From: Lama glama
Taxonomy: Eukaryota
Assembly (NCBI GenBank): GCA_028534125.1
Contig: CM052818.1
Location: forward strand, 42,038,001-42,102,000
Length of the DNA: 64,000 nucleotides
Direction: 5' to 3'
This document shows positions 25,775 through 38,490 of the stretch, in pieces. Every line of letters starts with the position of its first letter. Positions within the stretch are counted from its first letter, which is position 1. The notes under the pieces are model-generated. The model was not told the DNA's origin. It saw only the letters and a program-made list of their open reading frames with translations, and ran no database searches. The position numbers and the translations under genes are program-made.

Positions 25775-26333
25775 TGTGTTCGTTTTCTACTGCTGCATAG
25801 CAATTTTCCACAAACTCAGTGGCTTAAAACAACGCCCATTTATTATCTCACAGTTCTGCTAGGTCTGAATTTGAAGTCCAGGTATGCCCAGCTAGGTTCT
25901 GTGCTTAGACTGTCACCAGCCCAAGTTAAGATGTCAACCAGGCCTTTATCTAGAGGCTGGGGAGACTGTCCCTCCAGGCCCGTGCAGGTTGTTGGCTGAA
26001 TTCAGTTCCTGGCGGCACCAGGATGGAGGTCCCTGCTTCCTGGCTAGCTGTTAGCAGGGGTTCCTCTCAGCTTCCAGACTCCTCTCTCTAGTACTTGCCA
26101 AGGTCTCCTCCATCTTCAAAGCCAGAAAGGGCATGTCAAATCTTTCCTATACTCCCAATCTCTGACTTTTCCTTTTTACTACCAGCCAGAGAAAACTCTT
26201 GGCTTTTAAGGGCTTATGTGATTAGACAGGCCTATCCGGATAATCACCCTTTTGTCATATAACATAACATAATCCCAGGAAGAACACTGTGGACCAAGGT
26301 CACTGGGGCCATTGTCATGTTGTCCCCACCACA
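25775..26333 (-). mobile_element. MaLR solo LTR (MLT1D/E-like)
   Basis: tgtgttcgttttctactgctgcatagc...cacaaactcagtggcttaaaacaac...ttgttggctgaattcagttcct...ccaccaca; TSD cactt (25770-25774) / cactc (26334-26338). Confidence 0.9.
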
Positions 26334-26819
26334 CACTCTAAGTATTCCATTTTGTATCCATTTCTCCCCCTAACACCAGAGGGACAATGAGCGTTAATTA
26401 TCACACTGGTTATTTATTGCTAGAAACTGTTTCGGCCACACCGTGTCTGACTGGTCAGTTCTGTTTGGCCAGTTGTTTGGAATAGAGCTCAGACTTCTAT
26501 GCATTGTCTCTGTCAGTGACAGTCCTCTTCACACACTGAATGACTACGTAAGATTTCATTAAATGGATGCATCATAATCTGTATAATAATTTTGCTAATA
26601 GCTACAAGGTGAGACGTGTAGATTTAACTCAATATGGGTGGCAAGCAAGTGACTCCAGGGAATAACATAATCAGTTTTGTATTTTATAAAGATTACCCGA
26701 TCAGATGCGGGAAGGACTGACAGAAGGGAGACCAGACAGCATCAGCAGAGACAAACTGGGGGCGGGGGAATTCAGGTTGGTGAAAATGAGCCAGTTCACA
26801 CCTTCACTTGGAATTGTAT

Positions 26820-27094
26820 GCTTTCAGTCACTCACTTAATCAGGGAACAAATACTGAGTGCCTCCTGTGTACTTGGCATTATTCTGGGCCCCAAGGATTC
26901 AGAGAAGTAAAGCTCTCTCCCTGTCTTTAAGGAACTCACAGTCTAATAAGAGAGCCATGCACATATAAAAGCCATGTTCTAGGTCTTCTGATGATCTTTT
27001 GGACAGGATCTAGTGAGGGCACAAAGAAGGGGATGGCCAATTCTTTCAGGGGGCAGGAAGAAGGCAGAAGCGACATGAGAAAAGAGAAGTCTTT
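26820..27094 (-). mobile_element. L2 3' part, left half of an interrupted element
   Basis: cactcacttaatc...aaatactgagtgcctcctgtgtacttggcattattctgggc...ccctgtctttaaggaactcacagtcta. Confidence 0.8.
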
Positions 27095-27111
27095 AAAGGA
27101 AAATGTTAGGG

Positions 27112-29422
27112 AATTCAACACCCATTTATGATAAAAACTCTCACCAAAGTGGGTATAGAGGGAACGTATCTCAACATAATAAAAGCTATATATGACAAAC
27201 CTACAGCCAGCATAGTACTCAATGGTGAAAAACTCGAAAGCTTCCCACTAAAATCTGGGACAAGACAAGGATGCCCACTATCACCACTCCTATTCAACAT
27301 AGTCTTGGAAGTCCTAGCCACAGCAATCAGGCAAGAGAGAGAAATAAAAGGGATCCAAATTGGAAAAGAAGGGGTAAAAGTGTCACTATATGCCAACGAC
27401 ATGTTACTATATATAGAAAACCCCAAAAGGTCCACACAAAAACTACTAGAGCTGATCGAAGAATTCAGCAAGGTAGCAGGTTACAAGATTAACTTTCAAA
27501 AATCAGCTGCATTTCTTTACACTAACGATGAATCAACAGAAAAAGAAAGTAAAGAAACAATCCCCTTTAAAATAGCACCCAAAGTAATAAAATACCTGAG
27601 AATAAATCTAACCAAGGAGGTGAAAGAATTATACACAGAAAACAATAAACCATTGCTGAAGGAAATTAAAGAAGACTTTAAAAAATGGAAAGATACCCCA
27701 TGCTCCTGGATTGGAAGAATCAATATTGTTAAAATGGTCACACTGCCCAAGGCAATCTACAGATTTAATGCAATGCTTATCAGATTACCCAGGACATATT
27801 TCACAGAACTAGAACAAATCATAATAAAATTTATATAGAACCACAAAAGACCTAGAATTGCCAAAGCATTACTGAAGAAAAAGAAAGAGGCTGGAGGAAT
27901 AACTCTCCCAGACTTTAGGCAGTACTACAGAGTTATAGTCATCAAGACAGCATGGTATTGGTACAAAAAAAGACATATGTACCAATGGAACTGAATAGAG
28001 AGCCCAGAAATGAACCCACAAACTTTTGGTCAACTAATCTTCAACAAAGGAGGCAAGAATATACAATGGAATAAAGACAGTCCCTTCAGCAAATGGTGTT
28101 GGGAAAACTGGACAGCAGCATGTAAATCAGTGAAGCTAGAACACTCCCTTACACCATACACAAAAGTAATCTCAAAATAGATCAAAGACTTAAACATAAG
28201 ACAAGATACAATAAACCTCCTAGAAGAAAACATAGGCAAAACATTATCTGACATACATCTCAAAAATGTTCTCCTAGGGCAGTCTACCCAAGCAGTAGAA
28301 ATAAAAGCAAAAATAAATAAATGGGACCTAATGAAACTTACAAGCTTCTGCACAGCAAAGAAAACCATAAGTAAAATAAAGTGACAACCTACAGAATGCG
28401 AGAAAATTTTTGCAAATGAAACCGACAAAGGCTTGATCTCCAGAATATATAAGCAGTTCATATGACTTAATAAGAAAAAAAACAAACAACCCAGTCCAAA
28501 AATGGGCAGAAGGCCTAAAAAAGCAATTCTCCAAGGAAGAAATACAAATGATCCGTAGGCACATGAAAAAATGCTTAGTATCACTAATTATCAGAGAAAT
28601 GCAAATCAAAACTACAATGAGGTATCACCTCACACCAGTCAGAATGGCCATCATTCAAAAATCCACAAATGACAAATGCTGGAGAGGCTGTGGAGAAAGG
28701 GGAACCCTCCTACACTGCTGGTGGGAATGCAGTTTGGTGCAGTCACTTTGGAAAACAGTGTGGCGATTCCTCAAAAGACTAAGAATAGACTTACCATGTG
28801 ACCCAAAAATCCCACTCCTGGGCTTGTATCCAGAAGGAACCCTACTTCAAAAAGACACCTGCACCCCAATGTTCATAGCAGCACTATTTACAATAGCCAA
28901 GATATGGAAACAGCCTAAATGTCCATTAACAGATGACTGGATAAAGACGATGTGGTATATTTATACAATGGAATACTATTCAGCCATAAAAACTGACAAC
29001 ATAACGCCATTTGCAGCAACATGGATGTTCCTGGAGAATGTCATTCTAAGTGAAGTAAGCCAGAAAGAGAAAGAAAAATACCATATGAGATCGTTCATTT
29101 GTGGAATCTAAAGAAAAAAAAACATAAATGCAAAACAGAAACAGACTCATAGACATAGAATACAAACCTGTAGTTGCCAAGCGGGTTGGGGGGTGGGACG
29201 GGACAGACTTGGATTTCAAAATGTAGAATAGATAAACAAGATTGTACTGTACAGCACAGGAAAATATATACAAGATCTTATGGTAGCTCGCAGAGAAAAA
29301 AATGTGACAATGAATGTATGTATGCTCATGTATAACTGACAAATTGTGCTCTACACTGGAATTTGACACAACATTGTAAAATGATTATAACTCAATAAAA
29401 AATGTTAAACAAACAAACACAA
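27112..29422 (+). mobile_element. 5'-truncated, relatively young lineage-specific L1 (partial ORF2 RT and C-terminal domain, 3' UTR, A-rich tail)
   Basis: ORF2 homology, aataaa near 29394, and a 17-bp TSD aaaggaaaatgttaggg (27095-27111) / aaaagaaaatgttatgg (29423-29439) at a TT/AAAG site. Confidence 0.97.
27128..29111 (+). pseudogene. Inactivated L1 ORF2 remnant (reverse transcriptase and CCHC C-terminus)
   Basis: [22 protein letters not shown]; catalytic (F/Y)ADD reads YAND; stop at 27836-27838 and further stops; [19 protein letters not shown] zinc knuckle; ends ...FICGI*. Confidence 0.95.
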
Positions 29423-29431
29423 AAAAGAAAA

Positions 29432-29851
29432 TGTTATGGGTTGAATTGTGTCCCTCCCCTACCCCCGCATCTCAGAAGGCCTTATGTGGAGACAGGTTCT
29501 TTGTAGAGAGAACCAAGTTCAGATGAGATCACTGGAGTGAGCCCTAATCCAATATGCTGGATATCCTTATAAATAGAGAAAACTTGGACACAGACCCACA
29601 TAGGAAGGACACCATGTGAACATGGTGGCAGAGACTTCTATAAGAGACTTCAATACAGAGCACCAAAGATTGTCAGCAGACCAGCTGGGAGAGAGGCGTG
29701 GACCAGAGTCTTCCCTCATGCCTTCAGAAGGAGCATGGCCCTGCTGACACCTTGACCTCAGACTTCTAGCCTCCAGAAATGTGCGTCAATATGTGCCCGC
29801 TGTTTGAGCTACTCAGTGTGCAGTGCTGTGAAGGCCTGGGAAGCTAATACG
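29432..29851 (+). mobile_element. MaLR solo LTR (MLT1B/C-like)
   Basis: tgttatgggttgaattgtgtccc...ggccctgctgacaccttgacctcagacttctagcctccagaa...gctaatac; TSD gaaaa (29427-29431) / gtaaa (29852-29856). Confidence 0.92.
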
Positions 29852-29856
29852 GTAAA

Positions 29857-30110
29857 CGGACATAGGGAAAGGCTACTCCAGAGAAACGGCATGTTGTGAG
29901 GCAGGCTGATGAGCTTGGGGCATGAGGCATGGATGGAGAAGCAGGAGTTGATGCAGAGGCAGGCAGGGACTGGATCACCAAAAGCCCTGCTCACTGAGTT
30001 AAGACATTGAGCTTCATTTGAGAAGCTCAGCGGAAATTTTTGAGCAGGTAAATGCATGAAGCTTGGTCACCAATGGCATGTGATGAAATAGAGGACCATT
30101 TAAGATGGCA
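29857..30110 (-). mobile_element. L2, right-hand continuation of the element at 26820
   Basis: gaggcaggcagggactggatcaccaaaagccctg...gttaagacattgagcttcatt...aatttttgagcagg resembles reverse L2 body. Confidence 0.6.
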
Positions 30111-31677
30111 TCTAGAGCTTTGCTCGTATGTTATTTTAAGTGGCTCCAATTTCCAGAGGAAGAAAATGCAGACCAGCATTCGAGATGAGTGAGCAGGCAC
30201 TTTTTAGTTTTTCTTGTGGCCAGGAGTGGCAGCTCCTCTGGGCTACCATACAGTTTCAGGCTGCCTCCTCTGATAACCACAATTGTCATCTCTGTCCAGA
30301 AAGGGGAAGCTAAGACTGTCATTGTATGTGCCTTCCACACCCCTGGAGAAGAAAGAAAAATCAGTGAGTGTTTCTATAATCACAACTGCCTGGGGAGCAG
30401 CCAGGAAATTCCAACAGGAAACTCCCGTTTGGAAGTGTTTTGTTTTCATTAGAACATGTTTATTTCCCTCCAAGGATGCGCTTTGGCACCAGGGCTGAAC
30501 TTGGCTCTTGCGGCTGATACGGGCTCCAAGAGGGCACTGGCCACCCCTGAGGGCAGGAGGAGTGGCCAGAGGGCTGCTTGCCACATTCAAAGAGCCCTGG
30601 GACCAGGCAGAGCAGAGGCAAGTTGGGAGAGTGAAGTCCTAGAAGACCCCAAGGCTGGCATCTGGAGAGGCACCCTTGGGGAACCAGGATAAGCCACTTC
30701 AAGAAGCACCAGATGCCTTTTAATTTGGCCTGGGACTTGTGAGGCTCAGATGAGCTCAGTTCCTGAACCTCTGTTCCAAATTGCCTTTTGGGTTGATATT
30801 TACTTTACGACAAAGATCCAGGAGAAGATGAATCAGCCTCAGTCCTTTGTTTAGGAAGCTCATGCTTAAGCCCTTCCCAAACCAGCTCCACCTCAGTTTT
30901 CCAGGCACCAGGGAGGCCGTGTCCTTGATCAGGACAGGGTTCAGACTGCAAGACCAAATTCAGTAGTCTCACCACCACTCTCTCTTCCCAGCTGCCCTGG
31001 TGACACCAACGGAACCCAAGAGACCAGCACCCTCATCTGCCTTCCTCTTCTGCCCTCCATCCATTTCGCCTTAGGGCCCCTGGAGCAGAGGTTCCCAGGG
31101 CCTCCGTCCTGGGATACCCCACAGGCACTGCAGCACCGGGAACCCTTCGTTCTGCCCAGGACAGCAGTGGCTGTCAGCCTTCTCCCCGGGCTGGAACGGG
31201 CCTCCCCAGCACTCTCCTTCCCTGGACGGTTCCAATGGGCACTTACAAGCCAAGCTCCCCAGAAAAGTGTAGGCTTCCAGAGCACAGTCTTTGGCTGAAG
31301 ACCAGGCTTAGAAATTCTGGTGCCCACTTCCCTCCGGTTCCCAAAGCTTCTGGTCAAATGTTCAGGAAATTCTAATCAGCTCCCCAGAGCACACCTGGGT
31401 ATCAAGCATTTGAAAGGATCAAATTCACAATCAAGACTCCCTTTTTGATGTTCCAAGATGTTTAAATGGTCCATGAGGCCCAGGGAGCAGGGGGCGCTAA
31501 TGTTCTAGTCTTTGCCACTCATTTGGGCTGGGCTGCGGCAGGAACCCAAAGGCAGGCCCCTTGCGGAGGGTTCCTTCAACTTTGTCAGGGAGAAGCGTCG
31601 ATGCTCAAATTCTAAAAGAAGAAAGAAGTGAGTGATTCCTTCCCACCTATTCCTCCCCCCATCATCCAGCTTCCTGC

Positions 31678-32215
31678 TTTACAGGGCTGGTCTTAAATCT
31701 GTTTTATTATTATCCAGGTATGGGGATGCCAATAGATCAGAAGATGGCTGCCACTGAATTGATAGTTTGTTCCAGTTCCCAAGAGGAAGGGACACACCAT
31801 GCCATGCAGGGCCACATAGGGAAGCATCAGGGTCAGTTAGGAGGCAAGGGGAATGTGGGGAAAACGTGGACAAGGGCCTCCACTGCAGTTTTCATAGGAG
31901 GGAATAGGTGAGGCAGGGTAAACTGGCTGGTTTGAATAATTTCAGCAGGCTCTGGGGGGTCGGGGCTGTCCCTTGTTGTCAGGTACCTGGCCCTGGGACG
32001 ATCAGGGCAGGTGAGGAGTGACCCACACATGCGAGAGCCTGACAGAGGAGGTGGTTGGGGTGTGAACTCTGGGTTCGTTGGCTTGCACATGAAAGGCACA
32101 CTCAGAAAGTCAGTTACTATCTCTAGGAAATTGCTAACCCTTGGGGGGGGGCAGTGTCTCCAGGGTCAGTGAGACCCTAGATATTAAAGCATCAGAATAA
32201 AGACGTGTTTAGTAT
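31678..32215 (-). mobile_element. ERVL-class solo LTR (MER74-like)
   Basis: reverse complement reads ...gaccctggagacactgcccc...ttcctagagatagtaa...cctttcatgtgcaagccaac...cccagggccaggtacctgacaac...ctgaaattattcaaacc, as in the recalled MER74 consensus. Confidence 0.8.
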
Positions 32216-32774
32216 GAGGGCTGCTCGTACTGGCGGATGGATTGGGCTTGGTGGTGGATGCTAGCAACCTTCAAGGATACTTAGCATCTAACAGCGTACA
32301 GGGAGATGTGGCCTCCCAGGAGGCTCAAGGCAGTTTTGGTGGTTGGGACAGAACGTTCATCTCCCCCATACAGCTGATTAAAAGCACAGTGAACCATGTG
32401 CTTTGCCCAAGGTCGTGCATAGCAAGCGCAGATCTGGGCTTAAACACAAGTCTCCCTGGGAGTGTTCATAGAGTCCTCTTTCAAGTATACCTCACTGTTC
32501 TTGGGGAGAAGAGGGGTAACTCTGCAGTGAGGAGGCTGGACCATGAGCCCGTCCTGAACTGTATTTGGAAGGAGAGAGGGAGATTATGAGAAAACATCTG
32601 CTTTCCATTGGCAAGCCGGATAGCTGCGTCAATGGCCAAGTAAGTGTCTGCTTAACTGAATGAAGCTCATTGAAAAGCAATTAACACTTTAGTGTCTTCA
32701 TTTATCAACTTAATACTATCTCGTCTTGTATCTTGCTTGATAGTTAATTGAACAGCTCATGCTTTGTGCCACTT

Positions 32775-33155
32775 GATTCGATTCAATTGAACACTTACTT
32801 AGTGAGCTTTTATTCTGTGTCAGGCTCAGAGCTGGAGAAACAGAGAAAATAAAATCCTGTGTCTGCCCTCCCGATACAGAGGTGTCAAGGGAGAGGTGAC
32901 ACACACGCTACAACACATTGTGCAATAAACACAAGTGTGGACTAGGTATAGTGAGCATGTGAAGAAGGAAATGATAGGCTCTTTGGGCTGTAATATTTAG
33001 GAAAGAGTTCCTATAGGAAGTAACATCAGAGCTGATTTCTAGGGACAAGTAAGAAAGAGTTCACCAGTTGGGTAGGAAAATATCCCCACTTCTGTCAATG
33101 GGAATAAGATGAGCAAAGGCCTAGAGGGTCAGATGAGTTCATTGACGTGAAGGAG
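32775..33155 (-). mobile_element. L2 3' fragment
   Basis: attcaattgaacacttacttagtgagcttttattctgtgtcaggc...tgtctgccctc...gggaataagatgagcaaaggcctagag. Confidence 0.75.
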
Positions 33156-33159
33156 TTCT

Positions 33160-34112
33160 GTTCACTCGAAGTTTACTCGGCTTACAATGTTGTGTTAATT
33201 TCTGGTGTACAGCATACTGGTTCACTTATACACACACACATATATATATATATATACTTCATATTCTTTTCTTTTATAGGTCATTATAAGTCATTGAATA
33301 TAGTTCCCCATGCTATACAGTAGGACCTGGTTGTTTATCTATTCTGTATATAGTAGTTTGTATTTGCCAATCACAAACTCCCAATTTATCCCTCCCCCAT
33401 TTTCCCCCTTGGCAACCATAAGTATGTTTTCTATGTCTGTGAGTCTATTTCTGGTTTGTAAATAAGTTCATTTGTGTCATTTTTTTTTTTTAGATTTCAT
33501 ATATAAGTGATATTAAGTGGGGAGGGTATAGCTCAGTGGTAGAGTGTGTGCTTTGCATGCACGAGGTCCTGGGTCAATCCCCAGTACCTCCACTAAAAAA
33601 AATAATTAAACAAGCCTAATTAGCCCCCCAAAATAAATAAATAAATTTTTAATTGAAAAAAGTGATATCACATGAGATTTATCTCTGTCTGTCTGACTTA
33701 CTTCACTTAGTATGATAATCTCTAGGTCCACCTATGCTCTTGAAAGTGGCATTGTTTCACTCTCTTTTTTATGGCTGAGTAGTATTCCATTGTATAAACA
33801 CACCACAACTTCTTTATCCAATCATCTGTTGCCAATGGACATTTAGATTGCTTCTATGTCTTGGCTATTGTAAATAGTGCTGCTATGAACATTGGGGTGC
33901 ATGTATCTTTTTGAATTGGAGTTTTCTCTGGATATATGCCCAGGAGTGGGATTGCTGGATCATAGGGTAAGTGTATTTTCAGTTTTTTAAAGAATCTCCA
34001 TACTGTTTTCCATAGTGGCTGCACCAAATTACATTCCCATCAATGGCGTAGGAGGGTTCCCTTTTCTCCAAACCCTCTCCAGCATTTATCATTTGTGGGC
34101 TTTTTAATGATT
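33160..34112 (-). mobile_element. L1 3' end (3' UTR plus end of ORF2), interrupted by a SINE
   Basis: ttacaatgttgtgttaatttctggtgtacagc...tatagttcccc.tgctatacagtagg...gctatgaacattggggtgcatgtatc. Confidence 0.93.
33519..33659 (+). mobile_element. tRNA-Ala-derived SINE (camelid Vic-1 type)
   Basis: ggggagggtatagctcagtggtagag (A box), gggtcaatcccc (B box remnant), cctaatta-ccccc body, A-rich tail; TSD core aagtgatat at 33505 and 33660. Confidence 0.92.
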
Positions 34113-34200
34113 AAACCCCACTTCTTAATACCATCACTTTTGGGGGTAGGATTTCAACATACAAATTTTGGGGGGACACAGACATTTAATCTAGAGTAAC
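34113..34200 (-). mobile_element. MLT1/MST LTR terminal fragment
   Basis: cccacttcttaataccatcact...taggatttcaacatacaaattttggggggacacagacatt. Confidence 0.8.
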
Positions 34201-34590
34201 TTGCCAGATTAAGTGTATAATTCCAAAAGAACTGAATGGCAGCTATTTGTTTTATGGACTTCCAATTGAATACTTATTAAATCCTGTTTGGCTGTTTTCT
34301 TTACATATTTGGGAGCAAATAAATTTTTCAGGCCTCAAACATTTTTGTAGGCTCTTAAAAAGCTAATAGACCCAAGGCACTGTACCTATAGTGACTAATG
34401 GTCAAAGTCAGTCTGGCCCTGAGGGCTGTCCAATGAGGGAAGGAGTGGATCCTTTCTGCACTCACAGCAGGACTTGAACTTGATTGGCCATAATGTGAGG
34501 AAAGTTCCCAGAAACACATGGTGATAAAGGAAAAGGCCAAATATGAGCCCCTCTGAGCAATAACCAAGGCCCAGAAATGCCACATGTGTT

Positions 34591-34612
34591 CACACACACA
34601 CACACACACACA
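34591..34612. repeat. (CA)11 microsatellite
   Basis: read directly. Confidence 0.95.
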
Positions 34613-35519
34613 AAACCGCAGGCTCCTGTAGGCCCAGAGGCTGGAGACCTGGCCCAGGGCTGTCATCACCTGTGACTGGCACACCAGGGCCTCCTGGGAC
34701 CTGGGGGCATCTGGGTCCAGCCCTAATGACTCAGGCCTGCCAAAAGGTTTCCAAAGTGCCATGGGCCATAGCGTCCTTGAAAAACAACAATTACTGTCTC
34801 AAAGGGCAGCAAGAGAGAGGAGGAGGACAAGCGGCAACAAGAGGTCTTGCTCTCTGGCCTGAGCAGATGTTTCCCGCAACGCCCCACTGGGGAGGGGCCC
34901 CTGAACCCTGGAGCCGGCTCCCAGATGGAGTCCTCAAGGTACAGACTGCTTAGGAGCACAACCCAATGGCACAGAGAACTCAGGAGAGGGTCTCGGAAAG
35001 GCAAGGCTCCAGTCAAGGAGTTGTCAGCCTCAAGAAGGTGAAGGACCCTCAAAGTCCGCAGTCTTGTTAGACCCGGAGAGACTTTGTCATGCAAGGGGTG
35101 GCTGGCAGGGGAGCTGAAACACCTCAAAATGGCAGCAAGAGCACTCATCTCCGGCCTGGAAAGGAAAAAAGGGAAAACTTGCCAATGGCTCCCGTTTCCA
35201 GCATGGCGTTCAGGGGCGTCTGTGATTGGATACTTACCCTTATCAAAGTTTTAAATTCAGCTTTCCTCAGGATCGGGGGCCTCCTACTGAACCCTCTGCC
35301 TTTCCTCCTGCATCTCAACCACACTGAGCCATGTGTTCTCCCAAGACGAGCCCTGCATCTGTGCTTACCCATTCTTCAAGGACACCACCTCCTTGAAGCC
35401 CACAATGATCCTCCCTTCTGCTGGGCCTCCTGCTGGCCCGCACTGCATTTTGTGCATCTTTACATAATGGCACCTATTTTAGAACTGGATTTCTTTTTTA
35501 ATTTGTGTGTGTGACTTCC

Positions 35520-36195
35520 ATTTATTTACTTATTTTTATTTTCTTTTTTTTAAATTGAAGTATAATTGATTTACAACATTGTGTTAGTTTCAGGTATACA
35601 GCAAAGTGATTTATACACACACACATACGTTCTTTTTCAGATTTTTTTCCATTATAGATTTTTATAAGGTATTGGATATAGTTCCCTGTGCTATACAGTA
35701 GGTCCTTGTTGTTTATTTTACATATAATACTGTATATATTTTAATCTCAAACTCCTAATTTATCCCTCCCCACCTTTTCCTTTTGGTAAACATAGTTGGT
35801 TTTCTACGTCTGTGAGTCTATTTCCAGTTTATAAATAAATTCATTTGTGTCATTTTTTTAGATTCCATATATAAGTGATATCATGTGATACTTGGCTTTC
35901 TGTGTCTGACTAACTTCACTTAATATGACAATCTCTAGGTCCATCCATCTTGCTGCAAATGCATTATTTCATTCTTTTTTGTGGCTGAATAGTATTCTAT
36001 GTCTAAATATACCACATCTTCTTTAACCAGTCATCTGTCAATGGACATTTAAGTTGCTTCCATGTCTTGGCTGTTGTAAATAGTGCTGCTGTGAACACTG
36101 GGCTGCAGGTTCAAATTAGTTTTCTTTTCAAATTCGTTTTCTCTGAATATACGTCCAGGAGTGGGATTGCTGGATCATATGGTAACTATTTTTAT
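35520..36195 (-). mobile_element. L1 3' end (5'-truncated) inserted within an L2 remnant
   Basis: T-rich tail then aattgaagtataattgatttacaac...gggattgctggatcatatggtaactat; L2-like sequence on both sides (~35320-35490 and ~36200-36320). Confidence 0.92.
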
Positions 36196-36498
36196 AACTG
36201 CAATTTTTTAATTTATGTCTGTCATTGCACAAATGTGAGAGCTCCTCCAAGCAGGAGTGTTTTATTCATTTAAGTGTCCTTGCCCTGTGGTGGGTAAATA
36301 TGAGGGAAATGAATGAAGAGTAAATATATTGACTTGTTACTACATGAAGCCATAAGTGAATAATTGAGTGAGTGAGTGGAGGGGTAATTTACTCCAATAA
36401 GAGATGACACTTTGTGCTCTTAAATCCCCTAAGTGCTCCCTGCATGAAAGGACTCCCCTGCCTCTGTTAGGGCTCCCCCTCTGAAGAGGATTGGGAAC

Positions 36499-37372
36499 AT
36501 CTGTTAGAATGGCTAAAATCTGGACACTGACAGCACCAAATGCTGACGAGAATGTGGAGCAGCAAGAACTCTCCTTCGTTACTGGTGGGAATGCAAAATA
36601 GTTCAGCCACTGCCCAAACTTTGGAAGAGAGTTGGGCAGTTTCTTACAAAATTAAACATACTGTTACTGTAGGATCCAGCAATTATGCTCCTTGGTATTC
36701 ACCCAAAGGAGATGAAAACTTATGTCCACACCATAATCTGCCCATTCTAGTAGATTTCTTCATAATTGCCAAAACTTGGAAGCAAGCATGATGTCTTTCA
36801 GGAGGTGAGTGGATAAATAAACTGGTGCATCGAGACAATGGAATATTATTCAACACTAAAAATAAATGAGCCTCGAAACCATGAAAAGACACAGAAGAAA
36901 CTTAAGTGCATGTTACTAAGTGAAAAAAGCTAATATGTAAAGGCTGTGTACTGTACGATTCCAACTGCATGACATTGTGGAAAAGGCAAAACCGCAGAGC
37001 CGGTAAGAAGACAGGTGGTTGCCAGCGCTGTGGGGGGAGAGAGATGCTAGCTGGAACACAGAGGATTTTTAGGGCAGTGAAGCCACTCTGTGTGATGCTG
37101 TAGTGATGGAGATATTATCATTACACTTTTGTCCAAATCCATAGCATGTCCAACTCTGAACACGAGCCCTGATGCGAACTATGGACTTTAAGGGATTGCG
37201 ACACGTCGGTGTAGGGTCATCAGTTGTAACAAATGCACCACTTGTGTGGGGGACATTGGTAACGGGGGAGGCTGTGCACGTGTTGGGACAAGGGGTATCC
37301 GGGAACTCTCCCCAGCTCCCTCTCAATTTTGCTATGCACCTAAAACTTCTTAAAAATGAAGTCTTAAAAAAA
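36499..37372 (+). mobile_element. Ancient L1 (L1MC-like) 3' end
   Basis: gttagaatggctaaaatc...caccaaatgctgacgagaatgtggagcagcaagaactctc...ggattttt agggcagtgaa...aactatggacttta...cctaaaact. Confidence 0.9.
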
Positions 37373-38314
37373 GAGGGGCAGGGGAGAGGTGACTCTTCTC
37401 CCCCAGGGAGGGGCCCCCGCGGGGCTGTGGAATGGCTCTGCAACTGCCGCTAATTCCAACCATGTGCAGCGCGCTGGGCGGGCAGGCTGGCCACTTCATT
37501 ACTTCGTGCTTAAGGAAATGCCTCCCAGCTCTGCACTTGCCTTTTTAAATTTCACAACCACTAAATCTACTCCCAGCTTTTTTTTTTTTTTAATAGCGAA
37601 TGAAAGTAGAGTGGGGGCTCTGCACCAAGGACCTTTCCAGAGAGCCAACCCCCGGCTACCCAAGGCTGCCTCTCCAAGGAGACATTCTCCCATCAGCAGG
37701 ATCAGCCAAGCTGGAGTTAAAAGAGTCTTTCCATAATTGAAGCCTGAGTCCTTTAATAAGTGACACGTACTTAAGAGCACTCTACTAGGGGCCACATCGA
37801 TGTGGGTTTAAATTCTAAATTTGCCGCTTTTGAGCTGGGACCAGTGATTTATCTGCCACCACCCCCGGCCCCCAGGCCCCACCCAGCACCACATGACGGC
37901 TTCTCTTCTGTGAGTTCTTAGAAGGCTTTTTCTTCTATTTTTGTTTTATTTACCCCAGCCCCAGGCACAGTGCCCAGTCTACAGATAACTCGCAGTAAAA
38001 TGCTGTGGGCCGCTGGTAACTCATGAGGTGGGAAGGTGAACGAGGTGCTGGAGGAGGAGTGTGCTGGGACGTGAGCTCTGGGCTCAAGGAGGCAATTTTA
38101 GAGAGTCAGAAGGGCCATCCCTGCAATCAGGCCACGTGGCCGTCCCTGCCTTCTGCGCACACATCACCAGTCCCGGCCACCACCCCTGTGCAGATCAGAG
38201 GTCAGGTGGGGATGTGGCTCGCTAGGCTCCACCCTGATGTGACCCAGGGACCTCACGAAGCTGAACAGGACCACTCCCTGGCCCTTCGTCAAAGGCTGGA
38301 CATGGATTACATTG

Positions 38315-38490
38315 TCTAATCCTTACAGACAGCAACCCGCCTTGCAGAGCCGTCGATCATTGTTTTACATGGAAGGAAACTGACCCCCGGGGGGCCAGAC
38401 CCTGAGCAAGGCAGCCCCGCTACCTGGGGGCAGAGCCGGATTTGAACCCAGCGCTCCTGGCCAGCCCCAACACTCTTGCTCTCACCATGT
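38315..38490 (-). mobile_element. MIR SINE
   Basis: ttttacatggaaggaaactga...ggggcagagccggatttgaacccag. Confidence 0.7.

Noticed and set aside
27128..27838. 236-aa reverse-transcriptase ORF as an active or novel RT system
   Set aside because: It is ordinary L1 ORF2 from a 5'-truncated copy: catalytic motif mutated to YAND, premature stops, and no ORF1, endonuclease or promoter.
33519..33592. tRNA-Ala gene (also at 45258 and 47167)
   Set aside because: Each copy has disrupted stems, a shared non-tRNA 3' body, an A-rich tail and TSD-like flanks, so these are SINEs rather than tRNA genes.
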